A stretch of DNA of 64,000 nt from an uncultured delta proteobacterium. Lineage in GTDB: Bacteria; Myxococcota_A; Polyangia; Palsa-1104. The position numbers were made by a program, and so were the translations under genes. Location: the NCBI GenBank assembly GCA_963785725.1, contig CAWAWS010000002.1:32001-96000 (forward strand), read 5' to 3'. A model generated the notes under the pieces. It ran no database searches and was not told the DNA's origin. It saw only the letters and a program-made list of their open reading frames with translations. Numbering within the stretch: the first letter of the stretch is position 1; each line of letters opens with the position of its first letter. Of this stretch, positions 10,293-21,270 are shown piece by piece.

Positions 10293-11624
10293 GGGCCCGC
10301 GAATGCACAAGTCGACCGTTCAACCTTGTGCGTCGCGCGGCTTGATCACGTAGTTCCAGTCACCGTGGAAGTCGTGCCTGTCGATCTTGATCTCCCGCAG
10401 TTCCTTCGCCGTGACCTTCTTGCCAATTGGATAGTTGCGACGATCGAGCCGCGCACTCACCACGAGCCCGCCGACGTTCGTCGTGTTACCGATGAGGTTG
10501 ATGATCGTCTCGTACGACCGCAGCGGTCGCCCTCGCCAGTTGATCGATATGAACGAAAACAGTCGGTGCTCGACCTTGTTCCACTTGCTGGTGCCCGGCG
10601 GAAAATGGCTGACGTGGACTGCCAACCCGATCTTATCTGCCAGTCGCTGCAACTGCTGCTTCCAGACGTGTGACCGATAGCTGTTACTGCCGCCAGAATC
10701 GGCGGTGATAAAGATGTCTCGCGCCTTCGGATATCGCTTCTGGCCGACGCGGTTCCACCATGCCTCAATGGAAGTCACCGCGAATACCGGCGTGTCGTGG
10801 TCGACTCCCACGCTCACGAAGCCATCGTTGGCGGCCACATCGTAGACGCCGTACGGGATCGCTTTGCCCACCGCGTCCGAGGGAAAGTCGTGTACGTCCA
10901 CCAACTCCGGTTCTCCTTTGGGCTGCCATTCGCGCCCGCCGTTCTTGAAGTTGCCGACCAACTCTTTCTTCTTCGTGTCGACGGAGATCACCGGCACGCC
11001 ACGCTCGACGCACGCTCGAGCCTTCGCGTTGATGTGCTCGAACTGCGCGTTGCGGTCTGGATGCTGCGCTCCCTCGACCGATTTGTTCGGTGCCTGCAGG
11101 CTATAGCCGTGGCTGCGGAGCAATTTAGCCACGGTCCGGTCACTGACCCGAATCATGTGTTGGGCGAACAACTCGGCTGACAGCACTTGCGTACTTTTGC
11201 TCGTCCACCGCAGCGGCGACTCCGGATCGCCCCGCGTGACCGGATCAATGAGCCTTTCGAGCGCTGGCCATACCGTCGGATGCGCGACTTCGAACGGTCG
11301 CTTCCCGTTGCTGCGCCGGACCTTGACCACGTCTTCTGGGCGCGCGCCGGCGCGGGCTTCGTCGCGACCCTTGCGCACGGTGCTGATCGCCATTCCCGTC
11401 GCCCGCGCCACAGCGGCCACACCTCCGTAGCCAATGGCGCCTCCCTCGGGGCCGGCCCACAGTCGACGCGCCCGCTCGTCCATCGTCGGCTTCAACAGTC
11501 GCCACTTCTGACGAACCAGCTCTTCGGTGCCCACCCTGAAGGTAGATCACGCCCGGTTGTCCTTGTCGATCCTTCGCGCGACCTTTATTCGCACAACTCG
11601 ATCGACTCAGCCATTCGCGGGCCC
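10293..11624 (-). mobile_element. Complete ISAzo13-family insertion sequence
   Basis: Terminal inverted repeats GGGCCCGCGAATG (10293-10305 and 11612-11624), flanked by a TTA duplication (10290-10292 and 11625-11627). Confidence 0.9.
10320..11534 (-). CDS. ISAzo13-family DDE transposase
   Basis: Motifs RGDPESPLRWTSKS, PVISVDTKKKELVG, ITADSGGSN, PPGTSKWNKVEHRLFS, FHGDWNY. Confidence 0.95.
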   Translation of the reverse strand: MGTEELVRQKWRLLKPTMDERARRLWAGPEGGAIGYGGVAAVARATGMAISTVRKGRDEARAGARPEDVVKVRRSNGKRPFEVAHPTVWPALERLIDPVTRGDPESPLRWTSKSTQVLSAELFAQHMIRVSDRTVAKLLRSHGYSLQAPNKSVEGAQHPDRNAQFEHINAKARACVERGVPVISVDTKKKELVGNFKNGGREWQPKGEPELVDVHDFPSDAVGKAIPYGVYDVAANDGFVSVGVDHDTPVFAVTSIEAWWNRVGQKRYPKARDIFITADSGGSNSYRSHVWKQQLQRLADKIGLAVHVSHFPPGTSKWNKVEHRLFSFISINWRGRPLRSYETIINLIGNTTNVGGLVVSARLDRRNYPIGKKVTAKELREIKIDRHDFHGDWNYVIKPRDAQG

Positions 11625-11717
11625 TTAGTCGGGCCGATCGCGCTCTTTGTGCTGCTCGGCGCTTCCGGCATCGCCGTCATGCACTTCTATCGGCAGCCTT
11701 GGCGTCTCTGACGACCG

Positions 11718-12356
11718 CTATTCCTGACTAATGAGCCCGCGCCGCAGCGCAAAGCGCGTCAATGCCGCGGCGCTGTGCAAGTCGAGCTTCTTCATGAGGC
11801 TCGTACGATGCACGTCGACCGTCTTGGCCGCGATGCCGATGCGCTCGCCGATCTCGCGATTGGTGAACCCTTCGGCGACGAGCTGCAGCACCTCGCGCTC
11901 GCGCGGCGTCAAGCGCTCCAGGTCGTCGGCCGACTCCGGCTCGAAGTCCTCGTTCAGCGACGATGCGTTGGCCTGCGCGTCGAGGAAGCGCTCGCCGGCA
12001 GCGACGGTGCGAATCGCCGTCACCAAGTCGTCGAGCCCGGCGCCTTTGACGACGTAGCCGAGCGCGCCCGCGCGCAACGCCGGCCGCACGAACTCGGGCG
12101 CCGCGTGCATCGACAAGACGAGCACCTTCGTCGTCGGCGACAGCGTGCGCACGCGGCCTATCGCCTCCATCCCGTTGAGCTCGGGCATCGTCAGGTCGAT
12201 GACGAGCACGTCGGGACGATGCTGCGCCACCGCGTCCAGCGCCGCGCGGCCGTCGGCGGCCTCGGCAGCGATGGTGACGTCGCCCTTGGTCGACAAGATG
12301 GCGCGCACACCCGCGCGCACGATGGCGTGGTCGTCGGCGATGACGATGCGAATCAT
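11718..12356 (-). CDS. NarL/LuxR-family response regulator
   Basis: REC domain (IADDH, IDLTMP, YVVK) plus LuxR HTH LTPREREVLQLVAEG. Confidence 0.95.
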   Translation of the reverse strand: MIRIVIADDHAIVRAGVRAILSTKGDVTIAAEAADGRAALDAVAQHRPDVLVIDLTMPELNGMEAIGRVRTLSPTTKVLVLSMHAAPEFVRPALRAGALGYVVKGAGLDDLVTAIRTVAAGERFLDAQANASSLNEDFEPESADDLERLTPREREVLQLVAEGFTNREIGERIGIAAKTVDVHRTSLMKKLDLHSAAALTRFALRRGLISQE

Positions 12357-13207
12357 GACGGCAGCTCCTCGAACGGCAGAGTGACACGAATGCGCGTGCC
12401 GGGCCCGGCATCGTCGACGACCGCGAGCGCGCCGCCCGCGACCTGCGCGCGCTCGCGCATCGAGCTCAGCCCGAAGCCGCGCTTGGCCTGGTCGCGAATG
12501 CCGGCGCCGTCGTCGCCGACTTCGAGGCGCAGCTGGTCGTCGACGACGGCGAGCCGCACCCACGCCTGCTTGGCGCCGCCGTGCCGAGCCGCGTTGTGCA
12601 GCGCCTCCTGCATGCTGCGATAGAGCGTCGTCTCGACGTACGCCTGCAGCCTAGGCAGCGTCGGCGGCAGCTCGCAGTGCACGACGAGCCCGGCCGCGCC
12701 CGCGAACGTCTCGCAGTGCCGCTTGATCGCGCCGAGCAGGCCCAGCTCGGCCAGCGCCGGCGGTGCCAGCGCCGTCGTCGAGCGGCGCACCTCGTCGATG
12801 GCCTCATCGACGCAGCTCACGATGCCGGCGATCTCGGGCTGCTTGTCGCTGAGCGTCTCGCGCAGCGCGATGAGCTGGAGGCGCGCCGCCGTCAACGCCT
12901 GGCCCGCGCCATCGTGCAGCTCGCGCGCAATGCGACGGCGATCTTCCTCTTGCAAGGTCAAGGCGCGCTCGCTCATGGCGCTTTCGACGAGCTTCTTGGT
13001 CGCCGCCGCCGCCCGCGCCGGCGCGGCGTACAAGAGCAGCGCCAGCAGCATCGCGACGAGCGCGAAGCCTCCCGCCACCAGCTTGGTCTCGAGCAAGAGC
13101 GGCCCGGTATCCGACGGCAGCGCGCGTGCCGGCTCGAGCGCCCAGGCCATCGAGCACGGCAGCATCACGAGGAGGCCGAGCAACCACTGTCGCCACACGC
13201 TGCGCAT
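12353..13207 (-). CDS. HisKA_3 histidine kinase with minimal extracytoplasmic part (copy 1)
   Basis: EEDRRRIARELHDGAGQ H-box, QEALHNAARH N-box, DDGAG, GFGL; two hydrophobic segments separated by about 20 aa. Confidence 0.9.
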   Translation of the reverse strand: MRSVWRQWLLGLLVMLPCSMAWALEPARALPSDTGPLLLETKLVAGGFALVAMLLALLLYAAPARAAAATKKLVESAMSERALTLQEEDRRRIARELHDGAGQALTAARLQLIALRETLSDKQPEIAGIVSCVDEAIDEVRRSTTALAPPALAELGLLGAIKRHCETFAGAAGLVVHCELPPTLPRLQAYVETTLYRSMQEALHNAARHGGAKQAWVRLAVVDDQLRLEVGDDGAGIRDQAKRGFGLSSMRERAQVAGGALAVVDDAGPGTRIRVTLPFEELPS

Positions 13208-13298
13208 CGGTTCGCGCGCTCGAGTATACGGCCTGCGCGTCCAATATCGTGGCCATCGGGCTTGCAATCGCCGGCGGCAAACTGCACGCTTCGGCGAG

Positions 13299-13769
13299 AT
13301 GGACGCGACCGTCTTCGCCACGATCGCCCGGCCGCTGATCCTCGTGCACAGCGTCTGCGCCATCCTGCTCGTCGTCGCCAGCACGCGCCACGCGCTCGTC
13401 GCCATCGACTACGGCCGCGGCCGCTACAAGGTCCACGTCGGCCACGTCTTCGCCGCCACCGTCGCCGCGCTCTACGTCGCCACGATGACGCTGGGCGCGC
13501 TCGTCTATCCGACCTATCGCTACTACGTGCGCGGGCTCTTCCTCGATCGCCACGCGCCATGGGCGTCGAACCTGTTCTCGATCAAGGAGAACCTGGCGAC
13601 GATCGGGCTGCCGCTGGCGCTGGGCGCGTTCGTCTTGAGCCGCGTGCTCGATCCCGAGCGCGATCGCGTCATGCTGCCAGGCTATATCGGCCTCGTCATC
13701 CTGCAGACGGCGATCGTCTGGTTCAACCTGCTGGCCGGCTTGTGGGTCACGATGATGCGTGGCGTCTGA
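13299..13769 (+). CDS. Hypothetical membrane protein (about 4 TM)
   Basis: Hydrophobic ORF with GC3-biased codons; ATG 13299. Confidence 0.7.
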   Translation: MDATVFATIARPLILVHSVCAILLVVASTRHALVAIDYGRGRYKVHVGHVFAATVAALYVATMTLGALVYPTYRYYVRGLFLDRHAPWASNLFSIKENLATIGLPLALGAFVLSRVLDPERDRVMLPGYIGLVILQTAIVWFNLLAGLWVTMMRGV

Positions 13770-13770
13770 C

Positions 13771-14154
13771 ATGGAGCGGCGCGACACGCTCTACTTCGCC
13801 TGGTGCATCAGCGTCGTCGCCGCCAGCGTCGCCTTCGTCGTCCCGGCGTTCACGGCCGTGCGCATCTTTTGGTACTACCCATTGCGCCATGCTTGGGCTT
13901 TCGAGACGCATCCGAGCGCGTTCGCCGTCGATTGGTACGGGCGCTCGGTGTGGGCCTTGGCTGCCGGCGGCATCGCCTTCGCGCTCGCGTCTTTCGTGCT
14001 GCCGCGACTGCGAAAGCCGTCGGCGCGCGCTTATCGTTTGTGGGCGGCATGGGCGCTGACGGCGACAGTGCTGGCGATCGCCGTCTACAGCTATCAGCTC
14101 GCACGTCGCCATCCGATCCCCGAGCCGCTGCCGTCGTGGTACGTCCCGCGCTGA
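13771..14154 (+). CDS. Hypothetical membrane protein (about 3 TM)
   Basis: Hydrophobic ORF starting 1 nt after the previous stop. Confidence 0.65.
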   Translation: MERRDTLYFAWCISVVAASVAFVVPAFTAVRIFWYYPLRHAWAFETHPSAFAVDWYGRSVWALAAGGIAFALASFVLPRLRKPSARAYRLWAAWALTATVLAIAVYSYQLARRHPIPEPLPSWYVPR

Positions 14155-14164
14155 CCGCTTCCTG

Positions 14165-14806
14165 TTAGACCGACGACCAGCGCTGCACGAGCTCGGCAAT
14201 CTCGGCCGGCGTACTCACGAGCGCATCCGGCGCCGCCTCGCGCAGCCGCTCGGGATCATCGGCGCCCCAGGTCACGCCGATGAAGCGGATGCCGACGGCG
14301 CGGCTGGCCTCGATGTCGCGGTGCTCGTCGCCCACGTAGACGACTTGCGTCGGCTCGGCGTGCGCGCGCCGCAAGATGCCGCGCAAGAGGTGCGCCTTGC
14401 CGAAGAGTCGGCTGCTGCAGGAGATGCTCGTCATCAGCGTGTCGAGCCCATGCCGCGCCAGGATCGCGCGAATGTTCTCCTCGCGGTTCGTCGACGCGAC
14501 CGCCAGCGTGAGACCGCGCTCGTGCAGCGTCTGCAAGAGTTCCGGCACGCCGTCATGCACGCGCACGCGCTCGGTCGCGTGGCGCAACAGGCGACCGACC
14601 TCGACAATGAGGCCCGGCAGACGACGCGCCGGCACGCCCAAGCGCCGGCAGCGCTCCAAGATCGACAGCGTTCGCAGCTCGGCGAGGTTGTGCTTCGTGA
14701 TCTTCGTGTAGCCACGCTCGTCGGCGAGGCCATTGTACAGCTCGACGACCACGTCCAGCGAATCGACCAGCGTTCCATCGAAGTCGAACACGACGTGCGA
14801 AATCAC
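14165..14806 (-). CDS. HAD-family hydrolase (phosphoglycolate phosphatase-like)
   Basis: FDFDGTLVDS motif I and YVGDEHRD motif IV. Confidence 0.9.
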   Translation of the reverse strand: MISHVVFDFDGTLVDSLDVVVELYNGLADERGYTKITKHNLAELRTLSILERCRRLGVPARRLPGLIVEVGRLLRHATERVRVHDGVPELLQTLHERGLTLAVASTNREENIRAILARHGLDTLMTSISCSSRLFGKAHLLRGILRRAHAEPTQVVYVGDEHRDIEASRAVGIRFIGVTWGADDPERLREAAPDALVSTPAEIAELVQRWSSV

Positions 14807-14841
14807 GGCTCGGCACTTTAGCCGGAAGAATCGTACGCGTC

Positions 14842-14857
14842 TAAGGCAGGCACCTTA
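14842..14857. promoter_or_regulatory. TAAGG-N6-CCTTA palindrome, copy 1
   Basis: TAAGGcaggcaCCTTA, 35 nt upstream of the RND operon; three more copies at 23713, 24013 and 24051. Confidence 0.7.
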
Positions 14858-14892
14858 TGGGGTCGCGCCGTCGACGTCGTCATCCTGGCAGC

Positions 14893-15081
14893 ATGAAGAT
14901 CAGGTTGAGCCTTCTGTTTGCCGTCGTGCTCGCCGTCGGATGCGGCACGGCAGCGCCCATCAAGACGGCGCGTCTCGCCACCGATGACCAGTGCTGGTCC
15001 GACGGCACGCAGTGCACGCGCTCGAGCGACTGCTGCAGCATGTGGTGCGTCAATTCCTACTGCGAGCGGAGGGAGCCGTGA
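14893..15081 (+). CDS. Small Cys-rich (knottin-framework) lipoprotein, copy 1
   Basis: Signal peptide ending AVGC; C-x6-C-x5-CC-x3-C-x4-C; ends CERREP; stop overlaps the next start (GTGA). Confidence 0.8.
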   Translation: MKIRLSLLFAVVLAVGCGTAAPIKTARLATDDQCWSDGTQCTRSSDCCSMWCVNSYCERREP

Positions 15082-15518
15082 AGCGGACCCTGCTCGCGCT
15101 CGTGCTCGCCGGCGGCTGCGCGCACTTTGCCGACAGCGAGCTGCGCCCGCCCGACGCGCGCATCGTCGACGAGTATGCGGCTGTGCGCGCCGGCGCGGCC
15201 GCGAAGCGGTCGGACCCGGCCTACTGCTTCGTCCGCGACGGCAAGGGCGTCAAGGTGACCGCGCAATGGCCGCGCGTCGTCGACGAGGAGGCTTACGTCT
15301 TCGCCGACGACATGATCGCCGACAACGTGGCCACGCGGCTCAGCGGCGACAGCGAGCTCGTCGGCGCCGGCCTGCGCTCGCGCGTCGTCAACCGCGTCGT
15401 CTACTTGAACGGCCGCGCCAGCGACGCCGCCGGCGCGCGCGCGATCTACGACGCCTTGAGCATTCCCGCCGTCAGCGCCGTCTACGCCGAGCTCGAACGG
15501 CCCGCGGCGTCGCACTGA
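15078..15518 (+). CDS. BON-domain lipoprotein
   Basis: LAGGC lipobox; BON-like C-terminus ADDMIADNVATRL...VVNRVVYLNG. Confidence 0.65.
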   Translation: MKRTLLALVLAGGCAHFADSELRPPDARIVDEYAAVRAGAAAKRSDPAYCFVRDGKGVKVTAQWPRVVDEEAYVFADDMIADNVATRLSGDSELVGAGLRSRVVNRVVYLNGRASDAAGARAIYDALSIPAVSAVYAELERPAASH

Positions 15519-15541
15519 ACGTGACGGCAACGCACACGCGC

Positions 15542-16929
15542 ATGCACAGCGCGTCTCGGCTGCTCGGCGGTCTCGTCGTCCTCCTCGTCGCCGGCTCGGC
15601 CCGCGCCGACGACACGTCGAGCCCGGTGCGCGCGATGTCGCTGGCCGAGGCGCTCGCGTATGCCGAGGCGCACGCGCCCGACCTGCGCGCCGCACGCGCC
15701 CGCGTCGAAGCCGTGCGCACGCAGCGCGACGTGTCGCAGGCGCGCTGGTACCCGACCGTCACCGGCGCCGTCGAGCTCTTCGCCGGCACCGCCAACAACA
15801 GCACCGGCTCGTACGTGCCAGTCAGCGGCTTCGACAACCCGCGCGTCAGCGCCACCGCCGCGCGCAACGCGTCGGACAACGCGTGGTCGCCGCACGCGAC
15901 GTCGCTCCTCGGCCTCGGCGCGCGCCAAGAGGTCTACGACTTCGGCCGCATCAGCCAGCAGAGTGCCGCCGACGCGCTGCGCACGGACGCCGAGCGCATC
16001 TCGGCGACGGGCGTCAAGCTCGTCGTCGACGAGGCGATCGAAGAGGCCTACTTCGCCGTCTACGCGGCCAAAGCGGTGGTGCAGGCGGCGCAGAGCGCGA
16101 TGGCGCGCGCGCAGGTCCATCGCGATCAAGCCAAAGCCGCGGTCGATGTCGGCATGCGGCGGCCGATCGATCTCACGCGCGCGCAGGCCGTGCTCGATCG
16201 TTACGAGCTGGCCGGCATTCGCGCCCGTGGCAGCGTCACCGTCGCCCAAGCGACGCTCGCGGCGACGGTCGGCGTGCCCGATCGACTGCTCGATATCGCC
16301 GCGACACCGCCCACGCCGTCGGAGCTGCCGTCGCTGCAAGCGGCGATTGAGGCCGCCGATCGCAACCCCGAGCTGCGCAGCGTGGTCACGCTCATGCGGG
16401 CGCAAGAGAAGCAAACGCAGGCCATCGCGCGCCGAGCTGCGGCCGAATCTCTTCGCGTCGGGCGCCATCTCCGGCAACGCCGGCGGGGCCACGCCGTCGA
16501 GCGGCGAGCGCGCCGAGTACGACGGCTTCTTGCCGGTCGTGCCCAACTGGGACGTCGGGCTCGTGCTGTCGTGGCCGCATCTTCGATCAGACGGTGCGCG
16601 CGCGCGCCAACCAGTCGCGCGCGCAAGTGGCGCTCTATCGCGAGCAGGCGGCGGCGGTGCAGCGTCGCTTGGCGGGCGCGATTCAGGTCGCGTACACCGA
16701 GGTCGTCGTCGCGCGTGATGCGCTGCCCGTCCTGCAACGGACCTTGAGGCGGCGGTCGCCAACTACAACCAGGCCAACGCGCGCTTCGACGCGGGCATGG
16801 GCAACGCCGTCGAGCTGGCCGACGCCGAGGAGCTGCGCACCACGGCCGAGATCGAGCTGGCGCGCGGGCAATTCGAGCTCGCGCGTGCGCGCGCCGTCGC
16901 TCGGTCGATTCATTGCGGAGGGACTGTGA
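15542..16929 (+). CDS. TolC-family outer membrane efflux protein (several frameshifts, probably sequencing errors)
   Basis: SLAEALAYA...P.LRAAR, QEVYDFG, EEAYF, RFDAGMGNAVELADA spread over successive frames. Confidence 0.85.
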
Positions 16930-18128
16930 CCGAATCTGTCGCCGGACGACGCGCTCGGAAGCTGCGTATCTCGCTCATCATCGTCGCCTTGGCGGCGACG
17001 GCGCTCGCTCTTGGCGCTGGGCATGATGCTGCGCGCCGAGGCGCACGTGAACAAGGTCGCGCTCGCCGACGCGCCGCGCCCGGTGTCGGTCGTGACGGCG
17101 CGCGCCGAGACCTACCGCAAGCCGCGCCATTACGTCGGCACGCTTCGCCCGTGGGTCGAGGCCAACGTCGGCCCGCAGTTCGTCTCGGCCTACGTCGACA
17201 CCGTGCTCGTGCGCCCGGGCGCGCACGTCAAGCGCGGCGAGGTGCTCGCGACGCTCGACTGCCGCAACGCGAGCACGGCGAGCGCGCGCCGTCGCGATCG
17301 CAGGCGCGCGCCATCGAGGCGCGGCAGAAGGCGATCGCCGACGAGTCGCAGCGGCAGTCGAAGCTGCTCGACGGCGGCTTCGCGTCGGCCAACGAGGTCG
17401 AGCAGGCGCTGGCGCAGAGCGGCGGCCGAGGCGGCGCAGCTCGAGGCGCAGAAGGCGCACGCTCGCCCGCTCGACGCTCGAGGTCGAGCGACTGCGTCCT
17501 GCGCGCGCCCTTCGACGGCGAGGTCGGCGACCGCTTCGTCGACCCGGGCGCGTTCGTGCGTCCGGGCACGGCTATCGTCTCGGTCGTCGATCGCAGCACG
17601 GTGCGCTTCGTCGCCGACGTGCCCGAGGTCGGACTTCGACGTCGTCGCGCCGAAGACGCGCCGTGCACATCCACGTCGACGCGACCGGCCAGCAGCTCGA
17701 CGGCAGCATCGCGCGCCGCGCGCCGCACGCCGACGCCGACGCGCGCACCGTTCACTTCGAGGTCGACCTCCCCAACCCCGGTCGCGACGATTCCCGTCGA
17801 CACCACGGGCGAGGTCACGATCGGCTTCGGGGCGCCGATCGCCGTCACCGCGATCCCGCTCTACGCCGCGACGGTCGCGCAACGGCAAAGCCACCGTCTT
17901 CAGCGTCGACGGGCGACATCGCGCACGCGACCAGCGTTCGTCGTGCTCGGCGAAGCCGGCGGCACGCTCTTCCTCGAGCCGACGCTCGCGCCGGGAACGC
18001 GCGTCGTCACCGAAGGGCGCGCGCTCTTGAACGACGGCGACGCGTCGCCGCCGGCATCGACCAACTCGCCGAGCAGCAGCTCGGGCAATCGACGGCCGCG
18101 CCCGCGCCACAGCGGTGGCGCGCGATGA
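16926..18128 (+). CDS. RND periplasmic adaptor (membrane fusion protein), frameshifted
   Basis: VRPGAHVKRGEVLA, LRAPFDGEV, DADARTVHFEVDLPNP, GTRVVTEG. Confidence 0.85.
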   Translation: MTESVAGRRARKLRISLIIVALAATALALGAGHDAARRGAREQGRARRRAAPGVGRDGARRDLPQAAPLRRHASPVGRGQRRPAVRLGLRRHRARAPGRARQARRGARDARLPQREHGERAPSRSQARAIEARQKAIADESQRQSKLLDGGFASANEVEQALAQSGGRGGAARGAEGARSPARRSRSSDCVLRAPFDGEVGDRFVDPGAFVRPGTAIVSVVDRSTVRFVADVPEVGLRRRRAEDAPCTSTSTRPASSSTAASRAARRTPTPTRAPFTSRSTSPTPVATIPVDTTGEVTIGFGAPIAVTAIPLYAATVAQRQSHRLQRRRATSRTRPAFVVLGEAGGTLFLEPTLAPGTRVVTEGRALLNDGDASPPASTNSPSSSSGNRRPRPRHSGGAR

Positions 18129-21100
18129 CCTGGCTGTCGCTGCGCAACCCGATCGCGATCCTGATGCTGTGCGTCGGGCGTCATCGTCTTCGCGTGCGTC
18201 GTCACGCCGCGCATGAGCGTCGACACGTTCCCCGAGCTGACGCCGCCGGTGCTCATCGTCGGTGAGGTCGCGCCCGGGCTCGCGGCCAAGGACGTCGAGA
18301 AGGCCGTCGCCTGGCGCATCGAGCGCTACGTCGCGGCCACGCCCGGCGTCGACCACGTCGAGAGCCTGTCGCGCAACAACTTCGCGCTCATCTACGTGTG
18401 GCTCAAGTGGGGCACGGACCTCAGCGCCGCGCAGACGCTCGTGCAGTCGGAGGCGGCGTTCGCGATGGCCGGCGCGCCCAAGTCGCTCGGGCTCTTGCCG
18501 CCGTTCGTCCTGCAGTACGACCCGTCGAACGCGCCCGTCTGCCAGATCGTCATCACCGGCGCGGGCTACAGCGGCTCGCAGCTCTACGACTACGCGCAGA
18601 ACTACATCGAGCCGCAGATCGAGGGCATCGACGGCGTCGGCAGCGCGCCCGTCGACGGCGGGCGCCCGCGGCAGATCAACGTCGTCGTCGACCCGGTCAA
18701 GGCGCAGGCGCGGCACGTCACGGCCGAGGACGTCGCCGCCGCGGTCGGCCAGCGCCAACGCGCTCCTGCCCTCGGGCGAGTTCATCGCGCCGAAGCTTCG
18801 ACGCCAACGTCTACACCAACGGCGTCCCCAAGGACGTCGCGACCATCGGCGAAGGCACGGTCAAGGTGGTCGACGGCAAGCCGGTCCTGCATCAAGGACG
18901 TCGCGCGGCGTCGAAGACGGCGGCATGCCGCAGACGCAGGTCGTCTCCGTCAACGGCCGGGACGCCGTCTACCTCAACGTCCTGCGCATTCCCGGCGGCA
19001 ACACGATCGCAGATCGTCGACGCCGTCAAGGACAAGGTCGCGCACCTGACAGCCTGCCGCCGGGCATGCACGCGGCAGGTCTACTTCGATCAGTCGACGT
19101 TCGTGCGCACCACGTACGACGGGCTGAAGCGCGAGATCGTCCAGGCGCTCGTCCTCATCGCCATCGTCATCCTGATCTTCCTGCAGAGCCTGCGCGGCAC
19201 CCTCATCGTCTCCGTCGCCATCCCGCTGTCGTTCGCGATCACGCTCATCGTCCTCTACGCCAGCGGGCCAGACGCTCAACGCGTTCACGCTCGGCGGGCT
19301 GACCTGGCGATGGGCCGGCTCGTCGACGACGCGGTCGTCGTCCTCGAGTCGATCCACCGCCACCGGCAGCGCGGGCATGGACGCCGCGACGGCCGCGCTC
19401 GAAGGCGCGAACGCCGTGGCGCTGCCAGTGCTCGCGTCGACGCTGACGACGATGGCCGTGCTCTTGCCCGTGCTGCTGCTCGCCGGCCTGGCAAAGCGGC
19501 TCTTCGCGCCGCTCGCGCTGACCGTCGCCGTGGCGATGATCGCGTCCTACTTCGTCAGCCTCGCGGTCACGCCGGTCGCCTGCCGCTACTTCCTGGGCCA
19601 CGGCCGAGCCGGGCGGCCTGGCGCGCACGTTCGAGCGGCTCATCGACCGACTCGCCGACGGCTACGCGAGCGCGCTCGGCCGCGTGTTGCACGCGCGGCC
19701 GGCCATCGTTCTCGCGTCGCTGGCGCTCGTCGTCGTGCAGCGTGTGGGCGGCGGCGCGCCTGCCGAGCACGTTCTTCCCCGAGATCGACGAGTCGATGGA
19801 GATGCTCTACGTCCGCTTCGCGCCCGGCATCTCCGTCGTCAGACGCGGCCGAGCGAGCTGTCGGCGATGGGCGCGACGCTTGAAGCGCGAGCTGCCGCCG
19901 GGGACGATTCGCGATGATCGTCACCAACATCGGCATGCCCGCAGGAGCAGCGCAGCCTCCTCGCGAGCCCGAACGTCGCGCCCAACACCGGCTTTCTGCG
20001 GCTCGCCTTCGCGCCGCCCGAAGATCGCACGCTGTCGCAAGGCGAGATCGTCGTCAAAGCGCGCGAGATCCTCACCCGCGAGTTCCCCGGCGTCGAGGTG
20101 CTGCAGTATCCGGGCGGCCTCGTCGCCAGCGTGTTCGCCAACGGCTACACCGCGCCGCTCGTCGTCGAGCTGCAGAACGAGGACCTCGGCGCAGCTCGAC
20201 GCCGAGGCGCGCGCCGTCGCCGCCGTCGCGCGCAACACGTGCCCGGCGTGCGCGACGTCAAAGAGTCGATGCAGATGGACTACCCCGAAGTGCGCGTCGA
20301 GACCGATCGCGAGCGCTCGGGCTTCGTCGGCAGCTCACTGCGCGACGCGGCGCAGGCGACGCTCGAAGCGACCACCGGCAACATCAACACGCCCGGCGTC
20401 TGGGTCGACGCCAACAACGGCCGCGCCTACTACGTCGTCACTTACTACGACGGCAAAGTGGTCACCGACACGCAGTCGCTCGGCGCGCTGCCGGTGCACT
20501 ACAGCAAGGACAAGCGGCCGGTGCTGCTCGGCGCCTACGGCAACGTGCATCGCACCGTCGGCGCTGTCGCCGTCGAGCGCAGCCGCATGCAGCGCGTCGC
20601 GCACGTGCTCATGCAGACCGAGGGGCGCGACCTCGGCTCGGCCGCCGGCGAGCTCGACCGCCGCCTCGCCGCCGACCCGCGCACGCGCCACATTCGCTAT
20701 CGCTTCGTCGGCCAGGTCGACCTCATGCGCACGACCTTCTCGGGCCTCGGCGCTCGCGCTTGGCGCTGGCGGTGATGGTCGTGTTCATGATCATGGCCTC
20801 GCAGTTCAAGTCGCTGCGCTTGCCGTTCGTCATGCTGTTCACGATTCCGGTGGCGCTCTTCGGGATCGTCTTGGCGCTGCTCGCCGCCGGTCAGGGCTTC
20901 TCGATCACCGCGCTCATGGGCGTGCTGATGGTCATCGGCATCGCGGTGTCGAACGGCATCCTGCTCGTCGACGACGCCAATCGCCGCCTCGTCGAAGGCG
21001 CGCCGGCGGAAGTGGCCATCGTCGAAGCGGCGCGCTCGCGCTTCGTGCCCATCCTCATGACGACGCTGGCGACCATCATCGGCCTCATTCCGACGGCGAT

Positions 21101-21263
21101 GGCGCTCGAGCACGGCTCGGAGGCCAATCAGCCGCTGGCGCTGGCCGTCGTCGGTGGCCTCACGTCGTCGACGGTCATCTCGCTGTTCCTCGTGCCGGTG
21201 ATGTTCCTCTTCTTTGCCAAGCGCGGCGGGCAGCCGATTCCGGGCGAGACGCACCACGTCTAA
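18125..21263 (+). CDS. AcrB/AcrD/AcrF-family RND permease, frameshifted
   Basis: VDTFPELTPP, GRLVDDAVVVLE, GIAVSNGILLVD, RFVPILMTT, PLALAVVGG across several frames. Confidence 0.9.
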
Positions 21264-21270
21264 CGAGCCG

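Noticed and set aside
11541..11550. GGTAGATCAC shared upstream of both transposase starts (also 31912-31921)
   Set aside because: A 10-bp match in only two places. It could be a promoter element but is too weak to call.
15542..21263. RND operon as pseudogenes or programmed frameshifting
   Set aside because: The many scattered single-base indels, with intact codon bias, match those in the essential dnaE gene. Sequencing error is the simpler explanation.
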